From positions 6,865-70,864 of the forward strand of contig CAKTOF010000003.1 in NCBI GenBank assembly GCA_934589675.1: DNA of 64,000 nt, in the 5' to 3' direction. Under the pieces are notes generated by a model that saw only the letters and a list, made by a program, of their open reading frames with translations, was not told where the DNA came from and searched no databases. Positions 56,204 to 64,000 of the stretch are shown here, piece after piece. Position numbers and translations under genes: made by a program. Source of the DNA: an uncultured Oscillospiraceae bacterium (GTDB lineage: Bacteria > Bacillota > Clostridia > Oscillospirales > Oscillospiraceae). Positions within the stretch are counted from its first letter, which is position 1, and each line of letters opens with the position of its first letter.

Positions 56204-56440
56204 AAAAAATGAACCGCTGGTGTCAAGCGGTTCATGAGAGAAGACGGAAAATACAAAAGCTCCGATCCGACCCTTGATAGCGCTTCACACGAATTTCATG
56301 TGACAGTCCGCAGGGTATTTCCCGGCGGCCCAGCCATCCGGACGTCAGGCAGCATCCGGACACTTCGGCGAAGCAGCCTTTCCCGCCGGACAGCTGCCTG
56401 TCTCTTCCGGCGATACTCATCGGCTTCGCGCCTCTATCTT
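56204..56440 (-). promoter_or_regulatory. Lysine riboswitch (L-box) with intrinsic terminator
   Basis: Minus strand reads AGATAGAGGCGCGAAGCC-GATGAGTA-...GGAAGAGAC...GGGAAAGG...TTCGCCGAAG...CTGGG...GGACTGTCA, matching the L-box core (compare B. subtilis lysC AGATAGAGGTGCGAA..GAGTA..GTCGCCGAAG..GGCTGTCA). Expression platform is GAACCGCT-tgacacc-AGCGGTTC + TTTTTT (56204-56236). Confidence 0.8.
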
Positions 56441-56457
56441 GCGATTCAATTTCTTCA

Positions 56458-56486
56458 AGTCTAGCACGATGCAGGAAGTGTGTCAA
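56458..56486 (-). promoter_or_regulatory. Promoter of the lysine-riboswitch-controlled transporter operon
   Basis: Minus strand: TTGACA, 17-nt spacer, TAGACT. Confidence 0.65.
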
Positions 56487-56600
56487 CCTCTTGCAAATTG
56501 AAATTTCAGAATTTGTCGCCTTTGACGAGAAGTTTTTCACTTTTCGCGCCGGATTTATGATATAGTGATAGCAAACCTGTGCAAAAAAGGAGGGGTCTTT

Positions 56601-57140
56601 ATGCAGGCAGCGGAGCTGGCTGTTCTCGACTGGATCCAGAATGCGCTGCGCTCCCCGGCGCTCGACCGGTTCTTTTCCGCCTTTACCCGCCTGTCCGACC
56701 ATGGCGAGATCTGGATCGCGCTGGCGATCATCCTGCTCATCATTCCGAAAACGCGGAAGCTCGGATTCGGCGTGGCGGTCGCGCTGGCGCTCGACCTTGT
56801 CGTGTGCAATCTGGCGCTCAAGCCGATCTTTGCGCGGACGCGACCGTGCGATATCGCGCAGTGGATCGAGCTGATCATCGAGCGGCCGGGCGATTTTTCG
56901 TTCCCGTCCGGGCACACGGCCGTGTCGTTTGCGGCCGTCGGCGCGCTCGCGGCGGCGAAGAGCAAGCTGTGGATCCCATCGTGCGTCGTGGCGGTCCTGC
57001 TTGCGTTTTCGCGGCTTTATCTCTACGTCCACTGGCCGACGGACATCCTCGGCGGCATCGCCGTCGGCCTCGCCTGCGGCTTTGCAGGCTGGCGCCTGAC
57101 AGTCTGGGCCGGGAATAAGATCCGCACAAAAAAGAGCTGA
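56601..57140 (+). CDS. PAP2 family phosphatase (undecaprenyl-diphosphatase-like)
   Basis: KPIFARTRP, SFPSGHT, SRLYLYVHWPTD (acid phosphatase motifs). ATG 56601 after AAAGGAGGGG. Confidence 0.85.
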   Translation: MQAAELAVLDWIQNALRSPALDRFFSAFTRLSDHGEIWIALAIILLIIPKTRKLGFGVAVALALDLVVCNLALKPIFARTRPCDIAQWIELIIERPGDFSFPSGHTAVSFAAVGALAAAKSKLWIPSCVVAVLLAFSRLYLYVHWPTDILGGIAVGLACGFAGWRLTVWAGNKIRTKKS

Positions 57141-57200
57141 ACCTTGCAGAGCGCCAAGCTCTGCAAAGAAAAAGCAGGCGCCGATGCGCCTGCTCGTTCT

Positions 57201-58079
57201 TTATTGGATGTGAACGTGATTGTTGATATGGTCGATGCAGTAGCAGTGGTAGCCGCTGCATTTTGAGCAGTAGCGGAACTCCAGATCCGGGTAATCTGTG
57301 TCCGTGCGGCCGCAGACGGTGCATTTGTGGTGATAGGGCTTCTGGCCGTTCGAGGATTTGTACGAGCTTGCCCAGTTGGCGTTCGGGCGGGAGCCTGCGC
57401 CGGATGGCTTTTTGCGCGGCCGGCGCACACCGCCGCCGGGCAGGACGTTCCTGACGTCCGCGCCGAAGAACAGAAAGTAGTTGAGCAGCGGCGCGACGAG
57501 ATAGACGATGCAGAAAACGACAAGCAGCGGCGAGGCGAGATAGCGCACGACGCACACGATGATGTCAGCCGCGAGAAATGCAAAATAGAACCAGGCCAGA
57601 TACTTCATCCGCAGCGGGATGATGAAAAACAGCAGGATCTGATTGTCCGGGCAGAGCGTCGCAAACGCGAGCAGAAGCGACAGATTGAGGTCGGTGCCCG
57701 TGAGCGACGACACGCCGAAGATCATGCCGACAATGTCGATGAGCAGCACACCGCAGAGATAATACAGGTTGAATTTGAACACGCCCCAGCTGCTCTCCAT
57801 CACGCGGCCGATCTGGTAGTAGAAGAACAGCATGACGACTTCGAGGAAGAAATACGACCCGGTCGGCACAAAGACCCATGTGAAAAGCCGCCAGATCTGC
57901 CCGTGCAGGATCTTTGAGCGGCTGAACATCAGCGCGCGTACCGCCGCGCCGGACGGGTCGACAAGCGAGAGGACATACATGATGACCGTCCCGATGCCGA
58001 TGAACAGCATGAGGTTCGGGATGCCCCTGCTGCGATTTCGGTAGCAAAGCCGCTCAAAATTGCGGCGTAAATTCTTCAA
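57201..58079 (-). CDS. Rhomboid-like polytopic membrane protein with C-terminal Cys/His-rich (zinc-ribbon-like) tail
   Basis: TTG start after AAGGAG. GQIWRLFTWVFVP resembles the rhomboid TM2 WR motif. The tail is HHKCTVCGRTDTDYPDLEFRYCSKCSGYHCYCIDHINNHVH. Confidence 0.5.
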   Translation of the reverse strand: MKNLRRNFERLCYRNRSRGIPNLMLFIGIGTVIMYVLSLVDPSGAAVRALMFSRSKILHGQIWRLFTWVFVPTGSYFFLEVVMLFFYYQIGRVMESSWGVFKFNLYYLCGVLLIDIVGMIFGVSSLTGTDLNLSLLLAFATLCPDNQILLFFIIPLRMKYLAWFYFAFLAADIIVCVVRYLASPLLVVFCIVYLVAPLLNYFLFFGADVRNVLPGGGVRRPRKKPSGAGSRPNANWASSYKSSNGQKPYHHKCTVCGRTDTDYPDLEFRYCSKCSGYHCYCIDHINNHVHIQ

Positions 58080-58197
58080 GTGTGACCACTCCTTTTCCTA
58101 CTGTGGGTATTTTATCCGTTTTGCAGGCAAAAGTCTATGGCGAATGTGTAAACTTTATGGTATGATGGGCGCGAATAGAGTTAGGAGGCCACAAGCT

Positions 58198-59442
58198 ATG
58201 TCGATTATCCGCGATCCTGCCCTTGCAGAGCACGGGCGCATGAAGATCGAGTGGGTGCAGGACTTCATGCCTGCGCTCTCGTCCATCCGCGCGCGCTTTG
58301 AACGGGAAAAGCCGTTTGCCGGCCGGCGCATCACCATGTCCATCCACCTTGAGGCCAAGACGGCATACCTCGCGCTGTGCCTGCTCGCGGGCGGCGCGGA
58401 GGTACACGCGACGGGCTGCAACCCGCTCTCGACGCAGGACGACGTCGCGGCAGGGCTTGCCAGCCTTGGCGTGAACGTCTACGCATGGCACGGCGCGACG
58501 CCGGAGGAGTACACCGCGCACCTGTCCGCCGCGCTCGCGTGCCACCCGGACCTCATCATTGACGACGGCGGCGACCTTCTGGAGCTGCTTTCCGGCCCGT
58601 GTGCCGGGTATGCCGACCGCATCATCGGCGGCTGCGAGGAGACGACGACGGGCGTCCACCGCCTGCACGCGCGCGAGAAAGCCGGCGTGCTGCCGTTTGC
58701 GATGATGAACGTGAACGACGCCAAGTGCAAGCACTATTATGATAATAAGTACGGCACGGGCCAGAGCGTCTGGGACGCCATCATGCACACGACGAACCTG
58801 CTCGTCGCGGGCAAGACGGTCGTCGTCGCAGGCTACGGCTACTGCGGCCGCGGCATCGCCATGCGCGCCAAGGGCATGGGCGCGGACGTCATCGTGACGG
58901 AGATCGACGCCATCAAGGCGCTCGAGGCGACGATGGACGGCTTCCGCGTGATGCCGATGGCCGAGGCTGCGCCGCTCGGCGACCTGTTCGTCACGGCGAC
59001 GGGCTGCCGCGACGTCATCACGGGCGAGCATTTCGCCGTGATGAAAAACAACGCCTTTTTGTCCAACGCGGGGCACTTCAACGTCGAGGTCAACGTGGAC
59101 GAGCTCTCCAAAATGGCGGCGCGCGTCTACACGCGCCGCGACGAGATCGTCGGCTACGTCCTGCCGGACGGCCGGACGCTCAACGTCCTCGCCGAAGGAA
59201 GGCTTGTGAACCTCGCCTCCGGCAACGGCCATCCGGCCGAGATCATGGACATGAGCTTTGCCATCCAGTCGCTCGGGCTGGAATATCTGCTGCATCACGA
59301 GGGCAAGCTGGAAAAGAAGGTCTACGAGGTGCCGGAAGAGATCGACGACGCCGTCTCGCGCGTGAAGCTGGAGGCTATGGGCCTGAAGGTCGATTCGCTG
59401 ACCGATGCCCAGAGGGCGTATCTGTCCGGCTGGGAAGTCTGA
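58198..59442 (+). CDS. ahcY: Adenosylhomocysteinase (short, archaeal-type)
   Basis: HLEAKTAYL, ATGCNPLSTQDDVAA, EETTTGV, NAD fold VVVAGYGYCGRG. ATG 58198 after TAGGAGG. Confidence 0.93.
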   Translation: MSIIRDPALAEHGRMKIEWVQDFMPALSSIRARFEREKPFAGRRITMSIHLEAKTAYLALCLLAGGAEVHATGCNPLSTQDDVAAGLASLGVNVYAWHGATPEEYTAHLSAALACHPDLIIDDGGDLLELLSGPCAGYADRIIGGCEETTTGVHRLHAREKAGVLPFAMMNVNDAKCKHYYDNKYGTGQSVWDAIMHTTNLLVAGKTVVVAGYGYCGRGIAMRAKGMGADVIVTEIDAIKALEATMDGFRVMPMAEAAPLGDLFVTATGCRDVITGEHFAVMKNNAFLSNAGHFNVEVNVDELSKMAARVYTRRDEIVGYVLPDGRTLNVLAEGRLVNLASGNGHPAEIMDMSFAIQSLGLEYLLHHEGKLEKKVYEVPEEIDDAVSRVKLEAMGLKVDSLTDAQRAYLSGWEV

Positions 59443-59459
59443 GATTTTTGCCGAAACGG

Positions 59460-59487
59460 TTGACAGTGCGGCGGATTCTGCTATAAT
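59460..59487 (+). promoter_or_regulatory. Promoter of the metK leader
   Basis: TTGACA (59460-59465), 16-nt spacer, TATAAT (59482-59487). Confidence 0.75.
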
Positions 59488-59504
59488 GGATCAGAACTGA
59501 ATAA

Positions 59505-59645
59505 CCCTTATCAAGAGTGGCGGAGGGACCGGCCCTGTGAAGCCCGGCAACCTGCGGTGAGCAAGGTGCCAAATCCGGCGAAAAATCGACAGATGAGGAA
59601 AGCGAGCTTTCAGCGCCCTGTCGGAAGACAGGGCGCTTTTTCCTC
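59505..59645 (+). promoter_or_regulatory. SAM-I riboswitch (S-box) with intrinsic terminator
   Basis: CCTTATCAAGAGTGGCGGAGGGACCGGCCCTGTGAAGCCCGGCAACC...GGTGCCAAATCC...AGATGAGG matches the S-box core. Terminator is AGCGCCCTGTC-ggaa-GACAGGGCGCTTTTT (59612-59645). Confidence 0.9.
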
Positions 59646-59658
59646 GGAAAGGAACAAA

Positions 59659-60819
<1,161 letters not shown>

Positions 60820-60832
60820 GGAGGCATTTCAA

Positions 60833-62032
60833 ATGAAAAAAATCGAAATCATGGGCTGCGGCTACATCGGTCTGCCGACGGCCGTCACGTTCACGCTGGC
60901 CGGCTATGAGGTCTGCGGCTTCGACATCAACGAGGCCGTCGTCGACACGCTCAACTCCGGCCATATCCACATCGTCGAGCCCGGCCTTCAGGAGGCCATG
61001 ACCGAGGCGCTCGCCACCGGCCGGCTGCATTTTTCGACCAAGCCGGAGCCGGCCGACGTGTTCATCATCGCCGTGCAGACGCCGTACAAGGTCGAGGGCG
61101 GCAAGAAGGTCTCAGAGATGAAATATGTCTGGTCGGCCGCCGAGTCCGTCTCGACTGTCGCCAAGCCCGGCGACCTGTGTGTGCTGGAGTCGACGTCGCC
61201 TCCGGGCTCCACGCGCGAGGTTGAGCGCATCGTGGCCGAGGGCGCTGGAATGCAGCCGGAGCAGTTCATGACCGCGCACTGCCCGGAGCGCATCATTCCC
61301 GGCCGGATGCTCATCGAGCTGCGCGAGAATGACCGCATCATCGGCTCGAACCGCCCGGAGGCGGCCGAGTACGCGAAGGAAGTTTACAGCAAGGTCGTCA
61401 CGAAGGGCACCATCCGCACGACAGACGACCTGACGGCCGAGATGTGCAAGCTCGTCGAAAATACGTTCCGCGACATCAACATTGCCTACGCCAACGAGCT
61501 CAGCAAGGTCTGTGACCGGCTCGGCATCGACGTGTTCAAGCTCATTGCGCTTGCAAACTGCCACCCGCGCGTCAATGTCCATACGCCGGGCGTCGGCGTC
61601 GGCGGGCACTGCATCGCCGTCGATCCGTGGTTCCTGCACGAGAAATTCGAGGACATCACACCGCTCATCTACACGGCCCGCACCATCAACGACGGCAAGC
61701 CCGCATGGACGGCCGACCGCATCGCGAAGGATGTTCAGCCCGGCGCGAAGATCGCCGTGCTCGGCCTTTCATTCAAGGCGAACATCGACGACATCCGCGA
61801 GAGCCCGTCCATTGAGTTTGCGAATATCCTGAAAGAGCGCGGCTATGAGGTCATCGCCTGCGAGCCGTTCCGCGACGGCCCGGTTGCCGGCTTTGACAAC
61901 CACACGCTCGAGGAGGCCATCGCCAAGTGCGATTACGCCGTCATCACGCTCGCGCACACGCCGTTCATTGAGAACAAGGCGCTCATCGCCACGAAGCCGT
62001 ACTACGACTGCGTCGGCCTGATGGAGCAGTAA
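60833..62032 (+). CDS. Nucleotide-sugar dehydrogenase (UDP-N-acetyl-D-mannosamine dehydrogenase-like, WecC/Cap5O family)
   Basis: IEIMGCGYIGLPTA Rossmann start, EMCKLVENTFRDINIAYANEL, catalytic GVGGHC. ATG 60833 lies 13 nt after the metK stop. Confidence 0.8.
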   Translation: MKKIEIMGCGYIGLPTAVTFTLAGYEVCGFDINEAVVDTLNSGHIHIVEPGLQEAMTEALATGRLHFSTKPEPADVFIIAVQTPYKVEGGKKVSEMKYVWSAAESVSTVAKPGDLCVLESTSPPGSTREVERIVAEGAGMQPEQFMTAHCPERIIPGRMLIELRENDRIIGSNRPEAAEYAKEVYSKVVTKGTIRTTDDLTAEMCKLVENTFRDINIAYANELSKVCDRLGIDVFKLIALANCHPRVNVHTPGVGVGGHCIAVDPWFLHEKFEDITPLIYTARTINDGKPAWTADRIAKDVQPGAKIAVLGLSFKANIDDIRESPSIEFANILKERGYEVIACEPFRDGPVAGFDNHTLEEAIAKCDYAVITLAHTPFIENKALIATKPYYDCVGLMEQ

Positions 62033-62040
62033 ATCAGCAA

Positions 62041-62077
62041 CATCCCGGCTTCCAGCAGGAAGCCGGGATGTTTTTTT
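62041..62077. terminator. Intrinsic terminator (after the dehydrogenase; overlaps the eutQ stop)
   Basis: CATCCCGGCTTCC-agca-GGAAGCCGGGATG + TTTTTTT. Confidence 0.85.
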
Positions 62078-62486
62078 AGTTCGCGCTCTGCCAGTCGGCA
62101 GGGTAGGTGACGTATAAAAACCGCGCAGACTCCGGCGCCTGAAAGCGGATGGCGGAGCCCTTCGGGATGAAGATCATCTCGCCCGCGCGCGCCGTGACGG
62201 ACTGCCCGGCAAACGTGACGGTCAGCGCGCCGGAAATGACGTAGTCGATCTCGTCGTAGTGCAGCGTCCATGGAAAGTCGCTTTTCGTCATCTCCATGAT
62301 CCCCGCGCCGAGGCGCGGGCTTTCGGCGAGCGTGAGCACGTCGTGCGTATAGACGCGGTCTGCCGGGCTGCCGGTGTCCAGCCGGTCGCTTTGCGAGACG
62401 GTGACCTCCGGCAGCTTCACGAGCCTGACGCCGGGAGAGCCCGCCAGAATCTCACGCACCATGGCCTCAAGTTCACTTCTGTCCAT
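62076..62486 (-). CDS. eutQ: Ethanolamine utilization cupin protein EutQ
   Basis: 136 aa cupin. DFPWTLHYDEIDYVISGAL...GEMIFIPKGSAIRF. Context with eutH/eutN. Confidence 0.8.
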   Translation of the reverse strand: MDRSELEAMVREILAGSPGVRLVKLPEVTVSQSDRLDTGSPADRVYTHDVLTLAESPRLGAGIMEMTKSDFPWTLHYDEIDYVISGALTVTFAGQSVTARAGEMIFIPKGSAIRFQAPESARFLYVTYPADWQSAN

Positions 62487-63561
62487 TGGCTTCTCCTTTC
62501 GTCATCCAAAGCGCGAGCGCCGCGGCGAGAATGCCGCCCGTCAGCTTGCCGACGATCATCGGCGCGATCATGTCAGGCGCAAAGCCGGCCGTAAAGCCGA
62601 GGTGGTCGCCGAACACGAACGCCGCGGGGACGGCGAAGGCGACGTTGATGACCTTGCCGCGCGTGTCCATGTCCTTCATCATGCCGAACATCGGAATGGA
62701 GTTGGCCAAACTCGCCACAAGCCCTGCCGCGGCCGTGTCATTCATGCCGAGCAGACCGCCGAGCTTCAGAAGCGGCCGTCTCAGCAGCTTCTGAAGCGCA
62801 AACACGAGCGGGAACGCGCCCGCGAGCACGATGGCGATGTCGCCGACGATCTCAAGCCCGTCCGACAGCGGCGCCATGCCGGGAATGACGACGAAGCCCG
62901 TCAGCCGCTCAATGATGGCGCAGGCGAGGCCGAACGTGATGATCGCAATGATGATGCGCCCAAAGACGATAAAGCCGCGGATCATCGCCCGCTGCGCTTT
63001 CCACAGCCCCAGCGCGAGCAGGAGCGCGAAGAGGACGATCGGGACGAGATTGCGCGCGACCATACCAACCGGAAATCCCGCCGTCAGCCCGCCGGCAAGC
63101 GCGCCGAGCGGGATGGCAATGATGCCGCACAGCACGCCGCGCGCGAGGTATGGCCGGTCGTCCGGCGACAAAATGCCGAGCGCGACCGGGATCGTGAACA
63201 CGATCGTCGCGCCGAGCATGGAGCCGACGATGAGCCCGCCGAGCTTCGCCGCCTCGGGCGAGCCCGCCAGCTCAAAGGCCAGCGGCGCGCCGCCCATGTC
63301 GTTGGCGAGGATCGAGCCTGCAAACATCGCCGGGTCTGCGCCGAGCGCGCGGTAGACCGGAACCAGCACGGGCCGGAGCACGCGGGCCAGTACGGGCGCG
63401 AGGCTGATGATACCGATCATGGCCAGCGCGAGCGACCCGAGGGCCATAATGCCGCTTTCAAACTCCGCGCCGAGGCCGAACCGACCGCCGAAGATGCGGT
63501 CGAGCGCGCCGAGCGCCATGAACACGACCATGAGATAGACGATAAATTCATTGATTGTCAT
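62473..63561 (-). CDS. eutH: Ethanolamine utilization protein EutH (ethanolamine permease)
   Basis: 362 aa polytopic. MTINEFIVYLMVVFMALGALDRIFGGRFGLG... is a typical EutH N-terminus. Confidence 0.85.
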   Translation of the reverse strand: MTINEFIVYLMVVFMALGALDRIFGGRFGLGAEFESGIMALGSLALAMIGIISLAPVLARVLRPVLVPVYRALGADPAMFAGSILANDMGGAPLAFELAGSPEAAKLGGLIVGSMLGATIVFTIPVALGILSPDDRPYLARGVLCGIIAIPLGALAGGLTAGFPVGMVARNLVPIVLFALLLALGLWKAQRAMIRGFIVFGRIIIAIITFGLACAIIERLTGFVVIPGMAPLSDGLEIVGDIAIVLAGAFPLVFALQKLLRRPLLKLGGLLGMNDTAAAGLVASLANSIPMFGMMKDMDTRGKVINVAFAVPAAFVFGDHLGFTAGFAPDMIAPMIVGKLTGGILAAALALWMTKGEANGQK

Positions 63562-63796
63562 AGCGGCCTCCAGCGTGATCGAGAATTGCGACGACAGCTG
63601 CGTCGACCGGTGCGTCCGTCATGGCGCGCACGCACGACCCGCGCGCGACGAGCACCGTGTCGCCCGTGCCTGCGCCGACAAGGTCGGCCGCGACAAGCGT
63701 CTCCCGGCCGAACATGGTGACAAGCAGCGTCTGGCCGTCGAGTCCCGCGCATTTTCGCGTGGCCCAGACCGCGCCCTTGACTGTTCCGATCCTCAT
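63548..63796 (-). CDS. eutN: Microcompartment vertex protein EutN/CcmL/PduN family
   Basis: 82 aa. MRIGTVKGAVWATRK...LLV...AADLVGAGTGDTVLVARGS. Confidence 0.85.
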   Translation of the reverse strand: MRIGTVKGAVWATRKCAGLDGQTLLVTMFGRETLVAADLVGAGTGDTVLVARGSCVRAMTDAPVDAAVVAILDHAGGRYDNQ

Positions 63797-64000
63797 TCGC
63801 TCTTTCCCTCCAGAATGTCGCGCGCAAGCGGCGTCAGAACAGCGCCCGGCGGCAGGGGAGCGCCCTGCGTGCGGAGCCGGCGCGCATTCTCGGCCGTTAC
63901 GATGTGCCGCGCATCCGCACCGGGCAGCGGCTTTGCGCCAAGCTGGCGCAGCAGCCGCTCGCCGGAGTGCAGCTTGCCTAAAAGCGCGCGGGCGCGGCTG
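63793..64000 (-). CDS. 3' end of an upstream eut-operon gene (product not assignable; 5' part outside the window)
   Basis: Open frame on the minus strand ends ...GAVLTPLARDILEGKSE-stop, with an ATGA overlap onto the eutN start. Hand translation only. Confidence 0.4.
   Translation of the reverse strand, partial: SRARALLGKLHSGERLLRQLGAKPLPGADARHIVTAENARRLRTQGAPLPPGAVLTPLARDILEGKSE

Noticed and set aside
54804-56237. 477-aa plus-strand ORF opposite the ABC permease and binding-protein genes
   Set aside because: Antisense shadow spanning two real genes and their intergenic gap.
56204-56440. T-box leader upstream of the amino-acid ABC transporter
   Set aside because: No T-box sequence (AAUUAGGGUGGUACCGCG-like) or specifier-loop architecture is present. 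The conserved blocks match the lysine riboswitch instead.
62374-63720. 448-aa plus-strand ORF opposite eutH
   Set aside because: Highly charged Arg/Asp/Glu-rich antisense translation. The minus strand encodes a typical polytopic EutH.

Overview
GC-rich chromosomal segment with Clostridia-type gene content (ytfJ/DUF2953 sporulation genes, ispH-rpsA fusion, eut microcompartment genes, SipW). This is probably an Oscillospiraceae/Ruminococcaceae-like organism, but that is inferred from gene content only. About 80% of the window is conserved housekeeping: gatA/gatB, rplS-lepB-rbgA-rnhB, thrC, tig-clpP-clpX-lon-engB, scpA/scpB, cmk-plsC-ispH/rpsA, htpG, ahcY, metK. These genes have tight or overlapping junctions and clear intrinsic terminators. 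Four cis-regulatory elements can be read directly: a perfect CIRCE operator before htpG, a lysine riboswitch before an amino-acid ABC transporter, a SAM-I riboswitch before metK, and several near-consensus sigma-A promoters. Two accessory regions lie at 2-12.4 kb. (1) A small AT-rich islet sits immediately 3' of tRNA-Pro(GGG). It carries a membrane protein of unknown function and an orphan barstar-like RNase inhibitor. (2) An eight-gene operon combines a SipW signal peptidase, four TasA/camelysin-like secreted proteins, a 1147-aa repeat adhesin, a Cna-B wall-anchor protein whose N-terminal domain also looks TasA-like, and a sortase. A SinR-sized XRE regulator is transcribed divergently from it. 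This SipW/TasA-plus-sortase composite is my best candidate for an uncharacterised system. Other points worth a second look are an ABC-F protein whose second ATP site is degenerate in all motifs, a fused DUF1538x2 / tandem PII-like pair, an intergenic cluster of palindromic repeat modules, and a rhomboid-like protein that seems to lack catalytic residues and has a Cys/His tail. All family assignments come from motif recognition by eye. No database search was possible.
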